A program made the position numbers and the translations under genes. The notes beneath the pieces were generated by a model. That model did not search any database, was not told the DNA's origin, and saw nothing but the letters and a program-made list of their open reading frames with translations. A stretch of DNA of 64,000 nucleotides from Lytechinus pictus. Lineage: Eukaryota. Of the stretch, positions 26,921-40,961 are shown piece after piece (the first letter of the stretch is position 1; each line of letters opens with the position of its first letter). The DNA is taken from contig NC_087251.1 in NCBI RefSeq assembly GCF_037042905.1, positions 248,001 to 312,000 of the forward strand, read 5' to 3'.

Positions 26921-27373
26921 CTATGAGAGACAAGGGAGAGAAGATAATAATCCATTTAAATTATAACATTTACACGCTAATTTACAAATGGATATTCTCA
27001 AAGTGCACAATAGGACTGAATAAAATACACCAAGTTAGAGAAGATGCTCATGGCACAGTAAAGTAAAGAAAGAAAATGGAAACATATTAGAGAGAGGTAA
27101 GAGTACGGTGAAAATCACCAACACAGATAAAAAAAACATTTGGGCATATATCAATTAACATGACAGATTGCTATGCTTGTTATGCTTGTTAATCCCTATG
27201 ATCAGCAAATGCTTTTTCTACCACAAAGAATTTAAATGAAAACACATTGGTGATAATTGTTTTTGTTTACAGCTAACATGAGTGGATTTACATCTAACAT
27301 ACTAGGGGGCAGTTTTATAAAGTTGTTTGTAAGTTAAGAGTGATTTTAAGAACAACTGGTGAACGTTTCTTAG

Positions 27374-27953
27374 CCCGTAGGGGCCACTTCCATTGACGAG
27401 TGGATAACATGCGCGACCATGGGCCTCGAAAAACACCCTAAACACGTATTTTCCATATTCTGAAAATGCACCCTTTAAGTATTGGCGTGTGAAACCCTAC
27501 CTTAACAAGTATTGTAAACAAAACGATACTATTTGCAAGTATTTCCTGAATTGAACCCCTAAACAAGTACAGCGATATTTCAATTGTTATGTCACGGACG
27601 TCGGTTTTACCTTTACCTACATCATTGGGTTTAGTACAGCCCGAACTCCCACACCTCTCGCAAATCGTACTCTAACACGTAGTGTTGAATCTTGGGGCAA
27701 AAAGTACATCCTTTATAAAACATGTAGTCTTAATTTTTCATACCCTCGCAAATTTGACCCTAAACACATACAATGTAGCCTTCCTAGTGAAAATAGATAC
27801 CTTTTTTTCATTATTTTAGTGTTTTTGACACCCCTAAATATTACGTTACGTACATAACGTGCCCTATCTTGAAAAAGACATCCTTTTTACGTGTTTTGGG
27901 GGTCACACATGGTATCCACTCGTCAATGCAAGTGCCCCCCCCCCCCCCCCCGG
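27374..27953. mobile_element. Mutator-like MITE nested in a smaller MITE (~27306-28083)
   Basis: Long TIR CATTGACGAGTGGATA / TATCCACTCGTCAATG. 9-bp TSD GTTTCTTAG / GTTTCTCAG. Confidence 0.7.
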
Positions 27954-28966
27954 GTTTCTCAGGCACTAAACCATCGCCAATGAACATTTTGGTGTATACC
28001 ATTTACCACAAGAAAGGATCACCAGTCGTTCTTAATTTCACTCTTTAATAATTATAAGAACAGCTTTATGAACCACCCACCAGAGCACATTGAGTTCTAT
28101 CGTATGATATGTATTTGCGTGGAGCTACTTGACAACTTTGACATGCAAAAAAACACAGAACATTTAGGAAAGGAAAGGCTGGTGCTTTGCATACATGAGT
28201 GCTACGTGGGCTGAAATGGCAAATGTTTTTACATTCAAGACTCAATCAAATTTATTTCAAAAGATTTGGTTAAGCAACGACTATAATATCAATGAACCTT
28301 GTACCACCTTTTTCATGTGATGTTTATCATATGGATGTTGACGAGATAATCTATATTTACATTTAATCTACAAATTTTCCCCAGTTTTTGCTTCATTTTC
28401 TATATATTGTTCATACTATTGCAGGAAAGTTGTAGTAAATATCTATGTGCTAATAACATTATGTTTGTTTATATTACATATGACAGCAAGGCTATCTGAC
28501 TGCAAAAAAAATTGTCATTGTCTTAACATCAGCTCAATCAACCTTCAATGAAGGCTGGTATAACCAAGTAACTGTAAATAAGGCATGTATATTAAGAGCA
28601 CTGTGATCACAGTTATACTGGAAACACAGAGCATGCATGGCTCATGATCAAAAGAGGAAGTCTTCCATGGTAAGCCTTCTGGATACTATTTAACAATGTA
28701 CACAAGGGACTTGTACATGACAAATTCCTACACGTACATTCAGCAATATCATGCATGTATATATAGATTTGTAAATGATCAATTAATCGTGTATTAGTAG
28801 GCCTACTGAGTTCTGTAATATAGAGAAACAACAAATCTTACGAGTAACTCTTTGGAACATAACTTCCAATAGATATTTAATTATCATTCGTTAGAGTGAT
28901 TACTCACAGGGTACAATAATATTAGACTGTTCATGTATTCTTAATCTATATGTTGGTTCAAACCTG

Positions 28967-29720
28967 GGGCGGTATTCTGAACGTTGTCTTTTCTCCATAT
29001 TTTGTCTTTTCTCAGAGATATGACAAAATCTGTATTCTGGTGGAGGTCATTACTTTTGTCACAAAAAATGTCATAAATTTTGTCTCTTCTCTTTAGCGCG
29101 CAACAAACACACGCGGCTTTAAATGCGCGTAATCCTTGTATACAAGCAAAAGATATGACAAAAGTTATGACAGGGGGTAGCAGTCATAAATTTTGTCATA
29201 TCTTTTTGTACCAAATAACCCGATACCTTGCCGACTGAAGGTCAAGCATATAATTATATTATTTAGATTAGATTATGGTATTAGTTTCACTCATCATCCA
29301 TGACAATTTTCAAAATTATTTTTTCATAATACAATAAGTTAGGCCCTACATATTAATTCCTCCTTTTTTCTCTGTTTTTTCTTCTTTTTCTATTTCTCTT
29401 CTTAATCCTTCATAGCTCCCTGTCTCTCTTTGTAATTAAGCGCATCAATATACGGGTAGTTGCGCAATGCCAGCAACTTTATTGGGGATACGCCCTACCT
29501 GCACCGGGGCCTTCCTATTGGCTAGAAATGTTCTCACTGGGATCTAACGATGACTTTGATTGGTTTGCTTCCGAAAAGATGGGCGGGAACTTTGAAAGAT
29601 ATGACAGGGAAAAGACAATGTTCAGAATACCGATTTGTGACAATCATAGAGGTGTCACATCTCGGAGAGAAATGACAAAATTTATGACAAAAGTTATGAC
29701 AGTGTTCCAGAATACCACCC
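28967..29720. mobile_element. PIF/Harbinger-like MITE
   Basis: TIR GGGCGGTATTCTG / CAGAATACCACCC and 3-bp TSD CTG. A related end lies at ~19215. Confidence 0.75.
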
Positions 29721-31272
29721 CTGGATTCTAAGGCTTATACTATTCCAGAGATGCCAAGTTCAACAAAATGTCATGCGTGAGATTTTCATGACTCGGCGTC
29801 TCTGCGCACGCGCGGCCAGTACTTACACTTGAACGTTTCGCAAAGGCGCGCGCGCGTTGAGATATGGGCTTCATCATGATATCAATCCATGCTACAAAAC
29901 CATGCGATACACGCACGCTATTCATCGTATCACGTACTAGCTGTGAGCTGACTGCACTCTCGATTCGTCTCCGATGCCGGGTAGACGCGATGGCGTGCGA
30001 AGGCGGTCGGCCAGTGCGTATAATCTAGCGAATAATGCTACTTTTTCTCTCTTTTTTTCTGTCGGGTCCCGATGCGTGAGAAAAATGGATGCCATGCGTG
30101 AGATCGTTAGACGGACTTTGGATGCATGAGTCTCACGCACAATGCTGCTATTCACTAGGGTCGCGTGCGTGTTCGTAATCACTCGGGTTGTGGGTTTCAG
30201 ATACGGTCTTTTGCGATTTTTTTTTTTTACGTTGTCTTCAATGGGACAAACACTCTAGGAAAATAAAATGAAATTGAAATTCGAGTTTCGTTTCAAGCCG
30301 GCAAGTGCCTTAAATAAAATGAACTAGCTACTGTTTTAACATAACAAGCGAATTTTGACTGTTTTAACATAATCACATTCCACATATTTGACCTGATTTC
30401 TGTTGAATTTTGTGTACATCCCACATCATTATCTCCCATTTACTCCAACATGTACTTCTCTCTCCGCACGCTCGATTTTGATCGTAAGGTACTGAACTGA
30501 AGTAAGGGCCTATTGGTCACAAACACACAAACTTCTGAGGTCTACGTATTCTTAAAAAGATTCTTGTCCAAGTCGTGTTTACTTTTTTTGCCATGCAGGC
30601 ATGCTTTTTACATTAGAGTCTATACGCTATATTACGCTTTGTTGTAAATAATACGTAGCTTACTTCTTTCCCTGTTTGTCTTTGTTATAAATGACCAATA
30701 TTTTATCTATGAGTATATAAGTCGTATTCCTATTAAAAATTTTGTTTCCAGTCTTTCTGTCGTCCTTTCACTTCTTCCAGAGGAAAAAAAATAATTCAGG
30801 GTATGATTCGCACGCGACAAAAATGCAAATCAGACAGAATAATCAAATCAATATTCTAGTATATTATAAGTCGTACGTGACTCTGCCTCTGCTCTGGCCC
30901 TATTAAGTTACACAGCTCAAATCATCACTTGTCTTTGGTCTTTGGAGGAGATTTAGATTTAATTTCATTTTTTACTTGATCTTGTTGTTTACTTTCTCCT
31001 ACGGCGTATAGATCTAATCTATAACTGATCTAGGTCTAGATCTTACTAGAAGTAGGTCTAGATCTTACTAGAAGTAGATCTAGATCCTCAAGGTCTAGTC
31101 TAGATTTTGATCTACTGAACTGAAGCAAGACACAGAAGATCTAGATCTAGGCCTAGGTCTAGATCTAACAGACTTCTAAGGCCCTATTTTTCTAGATCTA
31201 GACTACAGTCTAATCTGGATCTAGATCTAGACCTATTCTAGACGTAGTCCAGCGGAACAACTGACGAAACAA

Positions 31273-32319
31273 GGTGGTGCTGCACCATCCCGAGTTTGCT
31301 CAATCTCGAGATTTTAGCCCGATCGGCCCACTTCGCGATTAATCTCGAGATTCAAGAAACCCCGTCTGCACCATCGCAAGACAGCGATTCCTGCTCGAGC
31401 GAGGCAACAAACCCGATATTTCGAGCATGCGCACTTTCGGATCTTGGAGTTTCAACGGCCCGCGCTTTTTAATAACTTCCCGCGATATGCAAGCAATGTA
31501 CTCCTTTCACTAGCACTTTCGCCGAATTCGACCGGTGTTATGCAACAATCCTCTCAGCTCAGCGAGTGAAGAAGTGATGTATTCTTCGTTAAATATGATG
31601 GCGGAGTAGGAGGCAACGACAGAGAGAGAGAGAGAGGGAGAGAAGGAGGAAAGAAATGCTATTTGCTCACATTTTGCGAAGGAATAAGAAAACACTGCTG
31701 TCAGTGTTGTTATTGAATATGACCATCGTCGATGAGCGCCTCCCCCTTCGGTCAGGGGAGTGTTTCATCAATATTTTCATCCGACAAGTTGTCAGATCTG
31801 ACATCTTTCCATGATTTTGATTGGCTGAGAGGCACTGTTCCTATGGTAACTGTCGGATAAAATGGGACTTGTCGGATAAAACGTCCAACAAGTCCTTCAT
31901 GAAACACCCCCCTGGTCTCTCCCAAAATCCATTCACTGGTGGGACACCATCGTTGCTTATTAGGCAATTGATGAACGCTATTCGCATGTATAAAGTTGAC
32001 TTTCGCACGTGTTTATGTTTTGACCAAGGCGGAAGTGGAACGCGAATTGCATTATGGACTGACGTCATGAATAAATTACCCCGAGTCCAATCTCGAGTGC
32101 GTCTGCACCGACGAATTAGCGGGATAATTCGTAAAATAGCGCGCTATTTTGCAAATAAACCCGAGTTGACTTGGGATTGCAATCTCGAGATTAATCCTAC
32201 GAACTAGCGCGATAATTGCGTCTCCACCGCCAACTATCTCGAGATTTTTCAGATCGGGATAATTTGCCGGATCAGAAATAGCGCGCTAATTTGAAAACTC
32301 GGGATGGTGCAGACGGCCC
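31273..32319. mobile_element. Harbinger-like MITE with nested MITE 31756-31911
   Basis: CTGCACCATCCCGAGTTT / AAACTCGGGATGGTGCAG inverted ends. The inner element GTGTTTCAT / ATGAAACAC is flanked by CAG/CTG. Confidence 0.7.
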
Positions 32320-32732
32320 TACAGAGACTGAAGCTTTTGGTCCAGGGCTATTAGAATATAATCTAGATCTAACTGTTAGACCTAGAACTCATAACAGGCC
32401 GGGCTAATAGTCCTCGCTCTAGATATAGTCTTAATTGTCTTACTCTTACACTTAGACTAGAGTCTCACTTAGGCCTAGATAAAAAAAATTACGTTTGACG
32501 TTCAAAGAACCTTTTTGCTGGGTAGAGTCTAGAATCTCGATATCTAGAGATCTAGATCTAGATGAGTATTACATTCAGATCAAGAGCTCTAGGGCTACTT
32601 GGGCTAGATCTAGATCTAACGTTATAGATATCATTGCTCGTGCCTGCGTTAGGCCTACCTAGATCTAGAACCTACTCTAACGTTAGAATTAGATCCTAGG
32701 CCCTAAACTTTTATTAGATCTTAATACAACTA

Positions 32733-32781
32733 CCGTAAGTAACGGTGTATTAACCGCACCTGTGTATTAACCGCACCCCCA

Positions 32782-32825
<44 letters not shown>

Positions 32826-33523
32826 TTCTCACATTTACATGCATATTTGAGGTACGAAGAAACAAAAACTAAGTCAAAGATTTCAAAGTATTCAAAGAGA
32901 TTACCGGTATGCGGAAATCTGCTGTTCTTGATCAATTCATCTACAAAATAAAGAAATTGGCATTTTTTCCAGTTGTTTTACCGCTTCGTGCCGTCTCTAT
33001 ACGTGGTGCACGGTGTACATGGTATCTTATGAAAAGCAAACAGGAAAGAAAAAAATAAGCTGCCGCGAAACGGGACTTTGAGGGGTTAAATGAATAGCGC
33101 CAGCTTAAGTCGCACTAAAACCACAATACAACGCAAGCTAGCTCTCGGCTCTTGCTCAGCTGTGACAAATTATTACTGAGAATGCTTGGCGTCTCTTTGA
33201 ACTTAGACAGGGAACTTCGCTGCTTTGAATCGAGAATAAAGTCGAAATTAGTGTCATGAAGGTGGGTGCATTTGTTATGGACACTATTTGATTAAGATCG
33301 TAATAATCGCTTCCCATTACCCGCGGCTCATACCCCTCTAAACGACATTGCCCTGGGCGGCTACGCCCGGCCACTCGATGTGTTGTGAACTGGCAGACTT
33401 CTTACATGTTCGGGAGGGTTTACGCGGGTGGGCTCAGACCCGTCACCGTGGATAAACCGCACCCCCGACTTTTGATTATATCCCGCCGAGAAAAAGGTGC
33501 GGTTAATACACCGTTACTTACGG
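32733..33523. mobile_element. Tc1/mariner (pogo/Tigger-like) MITE
   Basis: Perfect 28-bp TIR CCGTAAGTAACGGTGTATTAACCGCACC with TA TSD. Confidence 0.9.
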
Positions 33524-36500
33524 TAGATCTAGGGTGATCGAGGCCTAATACTAACAACATTAGGCCTAGATCTAGACCAGATCTCGATTTTAGATTATGT
33601 TATAGGTCTTCTTATTTGGTTCCTAAAATATCTAGTAACGTTAGATCTATAACGCCCGGAATAGACTGATTTGATATTCGAGTTCAACAACGAGACCTTA
33701 CGTCAGGGCTACGTCAGGGCTAAGTTAGGGCCTAACGACTTAACGTTAGGCCCCAACTTAGCCTTGGGCTAGGACTTTTAGGCTTAACTTGTTTAAGATC
33801 TAGACCTCAACTAGATCTAATGTTTAATTCGGTTCATGAAATGTGTATGGACTGCTTTTATATTCGAGACATGGTTGTTTCTTTTGGCTCGCGGGTACCG
33901 CACCGGCCAGACCATGCCCTCGGGCATAGTCGCGTTGCAGTCCCCTTGAGCCTCTAGAAACAACCATGCCTCTCAAAGCAGTCCATATATCTATATTATA
34001 AACCTCTCTTTAAGAATGTCGAATAATCCGTTCCTCTGATTGGTCAAAACTGAGGTCATGTAAACGACCATGCCTTCAAAACAACAAACTAAGGTGGTAA
34101 CCAAGGGCAACGGGCATAGTTAACAAGATTTCTGCCTGTTGCCCCCTGACCCGCCCCTTAACTACGGGCATAGCAAAATTTGGCTGAGATCCCCATTTGA
34201 TTGCATGCAAAATGTTGCTTTCTGCGGTGATTGCGGATACCATAAATATCCGCGCGATTTGATTGAAAGTTTTAGACAATTCGCGCATTAAATTCTCCCT
34301 GTTTAAGGCATGTGTAAGAAAGTATCCGTTTCTATGGTTCATAAACATGGACAATCAAGTCCTAAAAAGAAAGACTAGATGGCACATACAGTACATGCAT
34401 GTCCGAAATCACATAACAAAAGCTGAAATTTATGGAGTTCTTCCACCTTTCTATCTCTACCATCGTAATAAAACGTAGATTAAGATTTGCTGGTCATTGT
34501 TCCGAAGTGAGAGTGAAGTTATACTTTGTTGCGCCTCCCTTATAAAACCGGAGAATGGAGACCTAAAATTTTATTGCTTGCATACATATATGGATACAAA
34601 TAATTTGCTACATCATTTACCAACTCTCATGTCAGATTGCAAAGCCTGTGTTTTATTTTCACTAAGACAAAGTTATGTGGATTTTCATATGATATCACTT
34701 TATTACAAATTATATCAAAGATCAAGATAGCCAAGGTCATAACTCATTACTGTAAATGTACAGCAGTAGTATTCGCAGATCACCAATTTTATACTTTCAT
34801 CTTTTTAAATCCCATCTAGAAAGAGTAAAATGACTTAAGTCAAACTTGACTATATTCATTTTGGGTGGAGGGACACCGATTTGCACCAAAAGTGTTACGA
34901 TATATATAGTCCTATTTACTCTTTGGTCTAAAAATAAAAAGAATGCCACATTGAAAATGTTTTGTTTTCAAAACAATGGGTTTTCTTAAATATGATTGGA
35001 TTTCTTTTTGTGTGTGCATGCGCGCAGGTGAGTGTGTGTGCAATTTTGTTTTGTTTTTGTTTAGCACACAGAATTTGAAACATGTACAGAATACATAGCT
35101 TTAACATTAATTTTTCACAAACAAGTGATATGCACAACTCAATGACATGCAAATGAGACAGTCGATTAAGTCCCTCACTCACCATTTGTTTTGTTTGTTA
35201 TTGTTTGAATTATACATTACTTCATTATTTACAGAGTTGACAATAAGGGCCAACTTGACTGAACCATAGAGTATCAAACACAGTTAATTTTTCCTCATAA
35301 ATTCCACATTTTCAGGAAAGAATTAATTGATTCAATTGACAATGAGAAAATTATCATATTTCACAAAATAAAAAACAAAAGAAAAGAGTGGATGATGTCA
35401 TCAGTCTCATTTGCATACTGACCAGGATGTGCATGTAACTATTTTGTGAAATTAAGCAAAACTTAAAATGTCATAACTTTCTTATTTCACATCTGATTTC
35501 AAAGATATTTTCAGTGTTATAATGGTAGGATTTCTCTTTTTATTCAAATCAACTTTTTGTTGGGGTGGACCGTGGACTTGTCCTTTAAGAATCTATGTGT
35601 AGCTCATAGCCACATTTTCAGGCACACAATAAGCACATCAGGAGTTCCATCCACAGTCATTTATCTTTTTCAAGTGAAATGAACATTCATGTTGGGCATT
35701 CTTAAGAGTGCATACAAGTGAATGATCATTGATGCAGTGATGTATAAGACTAGACAAGTGTTCAAACCACATGAACACTCAACAGTATCACAAGTATTAT
35801 ATTTAAGCATTTGGACTACAGGATGTTTTATGATATTTTACATGTGACGTTAAAAAAAACATAATTTTCTTTCTTTTTATCAAGAAATTGTACATAACAG
35901 AATTTGAAAAACTCTATACAGTTATTTTTTATGTAATCTATCCTAAAAAGGTTTCTTAAAAGTCTTTTTCCAAAGATTCAAATAATATATTTAGAAACAA
36001 TATTTCTAAAGGGCAAGCAACCAAAATAAGTGGATTAGAATAAAAACAAAAAGTGGATCGGAATAAAACAAGCATAATGTTGAAATTATAATAAAACTAG
36101 AATTTTAATTCGTCATGAGGACGAATTAGGTGAGCTGTCTCTGATTCTCATGATCACGAATACAATCACCATGTTTATTGAGATCAATATGATCATGAAT
36201 CATGATCAAAATTGAACTTTTATTACGAAAAGAACACTCTTGAAAAGAGGGAAATTGAGAAGTTATGTGAAATGGGTGTAGGCGATACACATGGTACATG
36301 TACATGTTATAGGCCTAAATGTATTAAAAGGAATTTTAATCTCTTTTATCATGCAATATTTTAACTTATATACCTTGCAATGGTCATAAAAGGACCATAT
36401 GCGAAATGTTGAAAAGAAAAAAATCTCATGTTGACCCCTGGGCTCGAACCGTGGACCCTTGAGACGCAAGTCTGATGCCTTACCAATTGAGCTACACTAT

Positions 36501-37092
36501 TTCCCATAGACTTTACACATTTATAAGCAAATTAAGAGGATCTCAAATCCAATTTTGCAAAAGAAATACGGGCATGATCCCGGCATCTGGTCGGAAAATG
36601 GAGAACACATTGCGATAGCTTAGAATCTCAGCTACAACATACTCCAAGCTCAGAGAAAACCAACAAAAAGAAATGGAGATATGGCTCGCGAAATGGAGGA
36701 ATGTAAAATCCAGTTTTGAGAAAAAGTCATTACCCATAGAGATTGCACACAAAATGAGCAAAAATGACATGCCTCTATAAATTGCCATTTTTCAGGATGA
36801 TCTGTTACTTTAAATGTAAATATAGCCATCACATTAGAAAGAGTATGTTCTCAGCTACAACATATAAAAAACTGAGCGAAAATTGACCTATATTTACGGA
36901 GTTAGAGTCAAATTTGCATAACTATGATGACGTCATAAGTAGCAAAATGGAAATTTGAGTTCCGACGCCATTTTGATGACGTCATGATGAAATTTAGGGT
37001 CAAATGTAGCATGAAATCATATCTCCCATCCATACTCTATTTGAGTAAGAAAAAAAAATGGGGGTCAACGGACTTACTGAAGGGCTATAATG

Positions 37093-39269
37093 CAGGGACT
37101 CAGTTTTATAATTATAAGGGGAGCAATAAAATGCTCTCCTAGAACTTTTAACCACTTGACTGCGTAGCACGTAATATTACGTGCTGGGCGAGCGTACGAT
37201 CTGTGCGAGGCACGTAATATTACGTGCTTGACCTATCTTCTGTTTGAGGCGTCAGCACCACGCTGTTAAAGCCCCTACAATGAAAACAGCGTGTGTATAT
37301 CAAATTTCTGACTATGGACACCAGATGGCGCCATTCCAAAAAAGTTATCGAAACTTTTGCAGTGATTTATAAATGTTTGTATTCACTCTGCCATAGTGAA
37401 AGTGTACGACGCTCAGTTCAAAATGGCGACTCGCAGTGGAGAAGTGAATCAGAAGGATTTTGAAGAAACTTTTGACAATAGGAGTGATAAATTAAATGAA
37501 AGATCTGGGTCAGAAGGGGAGGATGATTTTATTAATGGATGTTGGAAATAGTGATGAGGAAAGTGATGTGATTATTTAGAATTTTTTTCCCCCAAGTTGC
37601 TGTCGGTTGTAGTCCCAAATAGATCTAACTTGTTAGTCCCATTCAGTAGCACCAGGGGGGTCAGTGCGCATTACAGCCTATAGCAGTCAAGTGGTTAAGG
37701 AGAGCGGTAGAGGAGCACTTCAAAAAGCTCTTCTTCAACATACAAGGGGAGCTTTTTGCCCAATTAACAAAATGGATGGAGGAAATGTATGTACTATAAA
37801 ATTACAATCAACAACCAAAGAAAGTATTTATAATTGTTTTACAATGTATTGTAATTAGATTGTGTGTTGTAAAACCTGTTTTAGTTAGGTTTTGACTTTG
37901 GCTAAAAGTTAAGTCACTGACAATTTTTTTTTTTTTTCGGGGGCTCCATTTTAATTTTTTTGTCAAATTTCGGGGGCTCTTTTTAAATGCTACTTTTTTG
38001 TATTTTGAGGAATACCTGTTCACTAATTAAGGAATTATTACTTTTTGTTTAATATTGTATGATTTTTAAAGTTATTTATCATGTTTAGAATCTTGGATGT
38101 GGGTGTGTGTGGATGGGTGGGTGTGTGTGACTGTGAGTTGGACTTGGATATAAATGAATTCAATATCTAATTTCTACTCCATTTATTCCAGTACAATACC
38201 CTAGTCAGCCATGTACATGTAATAAAGGCCCACTTACCCTAACTTTTCCTGAAGTTCTTTGAAAACGCAGATCTCCATGAAAATTTAATTTCTCTATGGG
38301 GGAGTCTAAATTTGGTGAGAATGTATTCATTAAGAACTTAAATATACATGACAATGAAGAAATCATCAAACTTTATTGGCAGTTTTGAATAATATTCCTG
38401 AAATGTAAACTCTGTCTGAAACAGAAAATCACCATCATTGAGGCCTTTACTGAGCGAATTGTCCCCCAGAGCTCTGGCAGAGAGACAGAGCTCCAACTGG
38501 CTAGCTAGTAAAAGCGCCAATGCGTGAGCCTGCCGCCGTCCTTGTAAAAAAGATGGAGCTTTGTTTGATGATTTATTGTCTGATATAATACCTCATCCCC
38601 TAGAAAAAGAAAACAAATGATTTTTTAGTTATAATTGATAAATTAGATAACTTATTTTGGAAGTTAATAAGCCGTTTTGAAAAGCAAAGCCGAATGACAA
38701 CTCACCAATGCTAGGTTACTAGACTCTGGGATTTATTTCCTGTGTAATTCGAATTATTTTATCACAGAATTGTGATATCTGTAGGGGAAACATGTGCATT
38801 CGAAATGGCACACGGTGGTAGTCATAATGGACCCCTATACATGCAACTCTTTCCCGACCGTTGCGTTGATTTTTTTTCCATACCTGGTACCATGTGTATG
38901 GAAATACCGGTACGTGGTACAGAAAAAATAACGCAACTTCGGAATTTGAAACTGCGCTACTCGCTACTTTTAAGGCTTATTCGTGATTTTGAGTGTGGAT
39001 TTTGGATGGTTTTTAAATGGTAAGCGGAGCTCGAGCATATGGCACTAGTGGGCCGTTGAGTTGTTATCACTCGGCAATAATTTCGGGGGCGACATTCAGA
39101 TTTTATGTCGCCCCCGAAAGCATGATTTTTGGTGATTTCGAGGGCGACTTTAGGCATTTTCGCGCAGGTCAGCTATCGCGAGGCGCGCTATTAATCGCGC
39201 TACCAAAAATGGATTAAGGCGCGCATGTAGCGCGCGATCGCTCTCGCGCGCCTTAAAATCGAGTCCCTG
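37093..39269. mobile_element. Non-autonomous DNA transposon (hAT/P-like), 7-bp TSD
   Basis: TIR CAGGGACTC..TTTTA. TSD TATAATG at 37086-37092 and 39270-39276. The empty site is visible in copy 1 at ~3392. Confidence 0.85.
37152..37694. mobile_element. piggyBac-like deletion derivative
   Basis: TTAA TSD and TIR CCACTTGACTGC. Internal ATG followed by a short acidic reading frame near 37422-37550. Confidence 0.8.
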
Positions 39270-40961
39270 TATAATGAATGTTGTTTAGGCATGTTTTTGC
39301 ACATATATTGTCTACGGTTAGTGCGCGCGCGCGTGTGCTGCAAACTTTGATGGAGGCTAATTCCGTTATTACTTGTCGTAGAAGGTTGATCAAGGTATCA
39401 AATTACTCAGAATTATATTATCAATCCATTGATATGAAAAAAGTGGCAATCCTTTGTTGTATAGTGCTGTTACGCGCGAGAACGCGCAAGTAACCGTGCA
39501 CGCGCGCAAATTTTTGAAATGCTTAAAATGACCTGATTCATACTCCACTTTGGTCAAAAAGTGATTTTGAGCATTTTAAAAGTTTGACGCCCGCATCATG
39601 ACGTTTAACTGACCTTTGATGACATGGACAGTTGACCCTTGACCTGAAGTTAATGTGATGTAAATATTGTTAATTTTTGATAATTGATAATGAAGATGAT
39701 TGATAATGTGATTTTACAAAATGGCGTCTAGATGACGTCATGATGACCTTTTGACCTTGAACTTGTTTTATACACGTGACATGATAAGTCCCCATATCTG
39801 ATAATATTTTGAAGATAATTGATGATGTAGATATGGAGATTTTGTGCTAACAAGGGCGAAAAAATAAAAATAAATAATAAATGAATAAATAAAGAAATAA
39901 AAAAGAAAATTCGTACAAAATTAATAGTTGATCTGTCGATTGACAGATCACCTAATTAGACCCTGTTTTCATTACAGTCCTAAAACATGTAATGGGAAAA
40001 CACACAGCGGTCTTGGAAGATATTGTGTGAAACATGTCACCCCACTGAGGATGTACCGTAGCAACAAGACTGCTTTACAAGATGTGGTTTTGAAAACCAC
40101 TCTTGGGTGATCAGATGGGAATGCTAGCAAAGCGATCTTCCGAACTGGTTTACTGAACCGGTACCCACTATATACTGAGAGTTAGTCAAAGAAAGTAATA
40201 TGAATTATCACTTATATTTAAAAAAAACAATTACATGTATACATGCACAACTTAGGATATGCATATTAGAGATTCGATGATGACACCCGATATTTATTAT
40301 GTATTCTAGCATATGATATCAAATGGCGTATTCATATTATGAGGAAAAATTTAAGATATTTCATATCAAGGAAAGACATAATGAGTGGGTGACATCATCA
40401 CTTCCCTCATTTTCATAGCAACTAGGATGTGCATGCATTTGTATGACTTTTGTTGCGAAATTAGCCAAATATCAAAAAGTCATAATTTTCTAATTTCAAA
40501 TGTACATCAGATTCTGATGAAATTTCAGTGTTCTGCTGGTTTGATTATATCTTTTCATTCAAGTCAACCTTTTACTGGGGTTGACTTGCCCTGAACTGGA
40601 TGAAAGCCAGATTTATGATGGGGAGTCCAAACTTTGCGGACATTTAAAAAATAATCATCAGGCTAAATTTCATTCACAAAATATTCACATTTTATGCAAA
40701 AACAATTAAAATAGTAGCTACTAAATTGACGGCAAGATCGTAATCTATAAAATTATTGATGAAAAATGTAAAGTAGGTCAAGGGGTTTTGCCAGTATCAC
40801 GATCTGAAAATTCTATTCCAAAAATGTATTTGCGCTGTGCTGGTAAACTGTTCTGAAAAAGTGTGATCTGACTTCGTGGACCAAAGTTTTGTGGAGATTT
40901 AAACAAAACCTCAAGCTCAAAAGGCGAGATATTTATATCGGATGGGAGGCAAAATGCTATA

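Larger units (their letters stand above)
36096..39955 (+). mobile_element. HINE family D copy 2, with nested insertions
   Basis: Colinear with 2455-3968 once 37093-39276 is removed. Confidence 0.8.
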
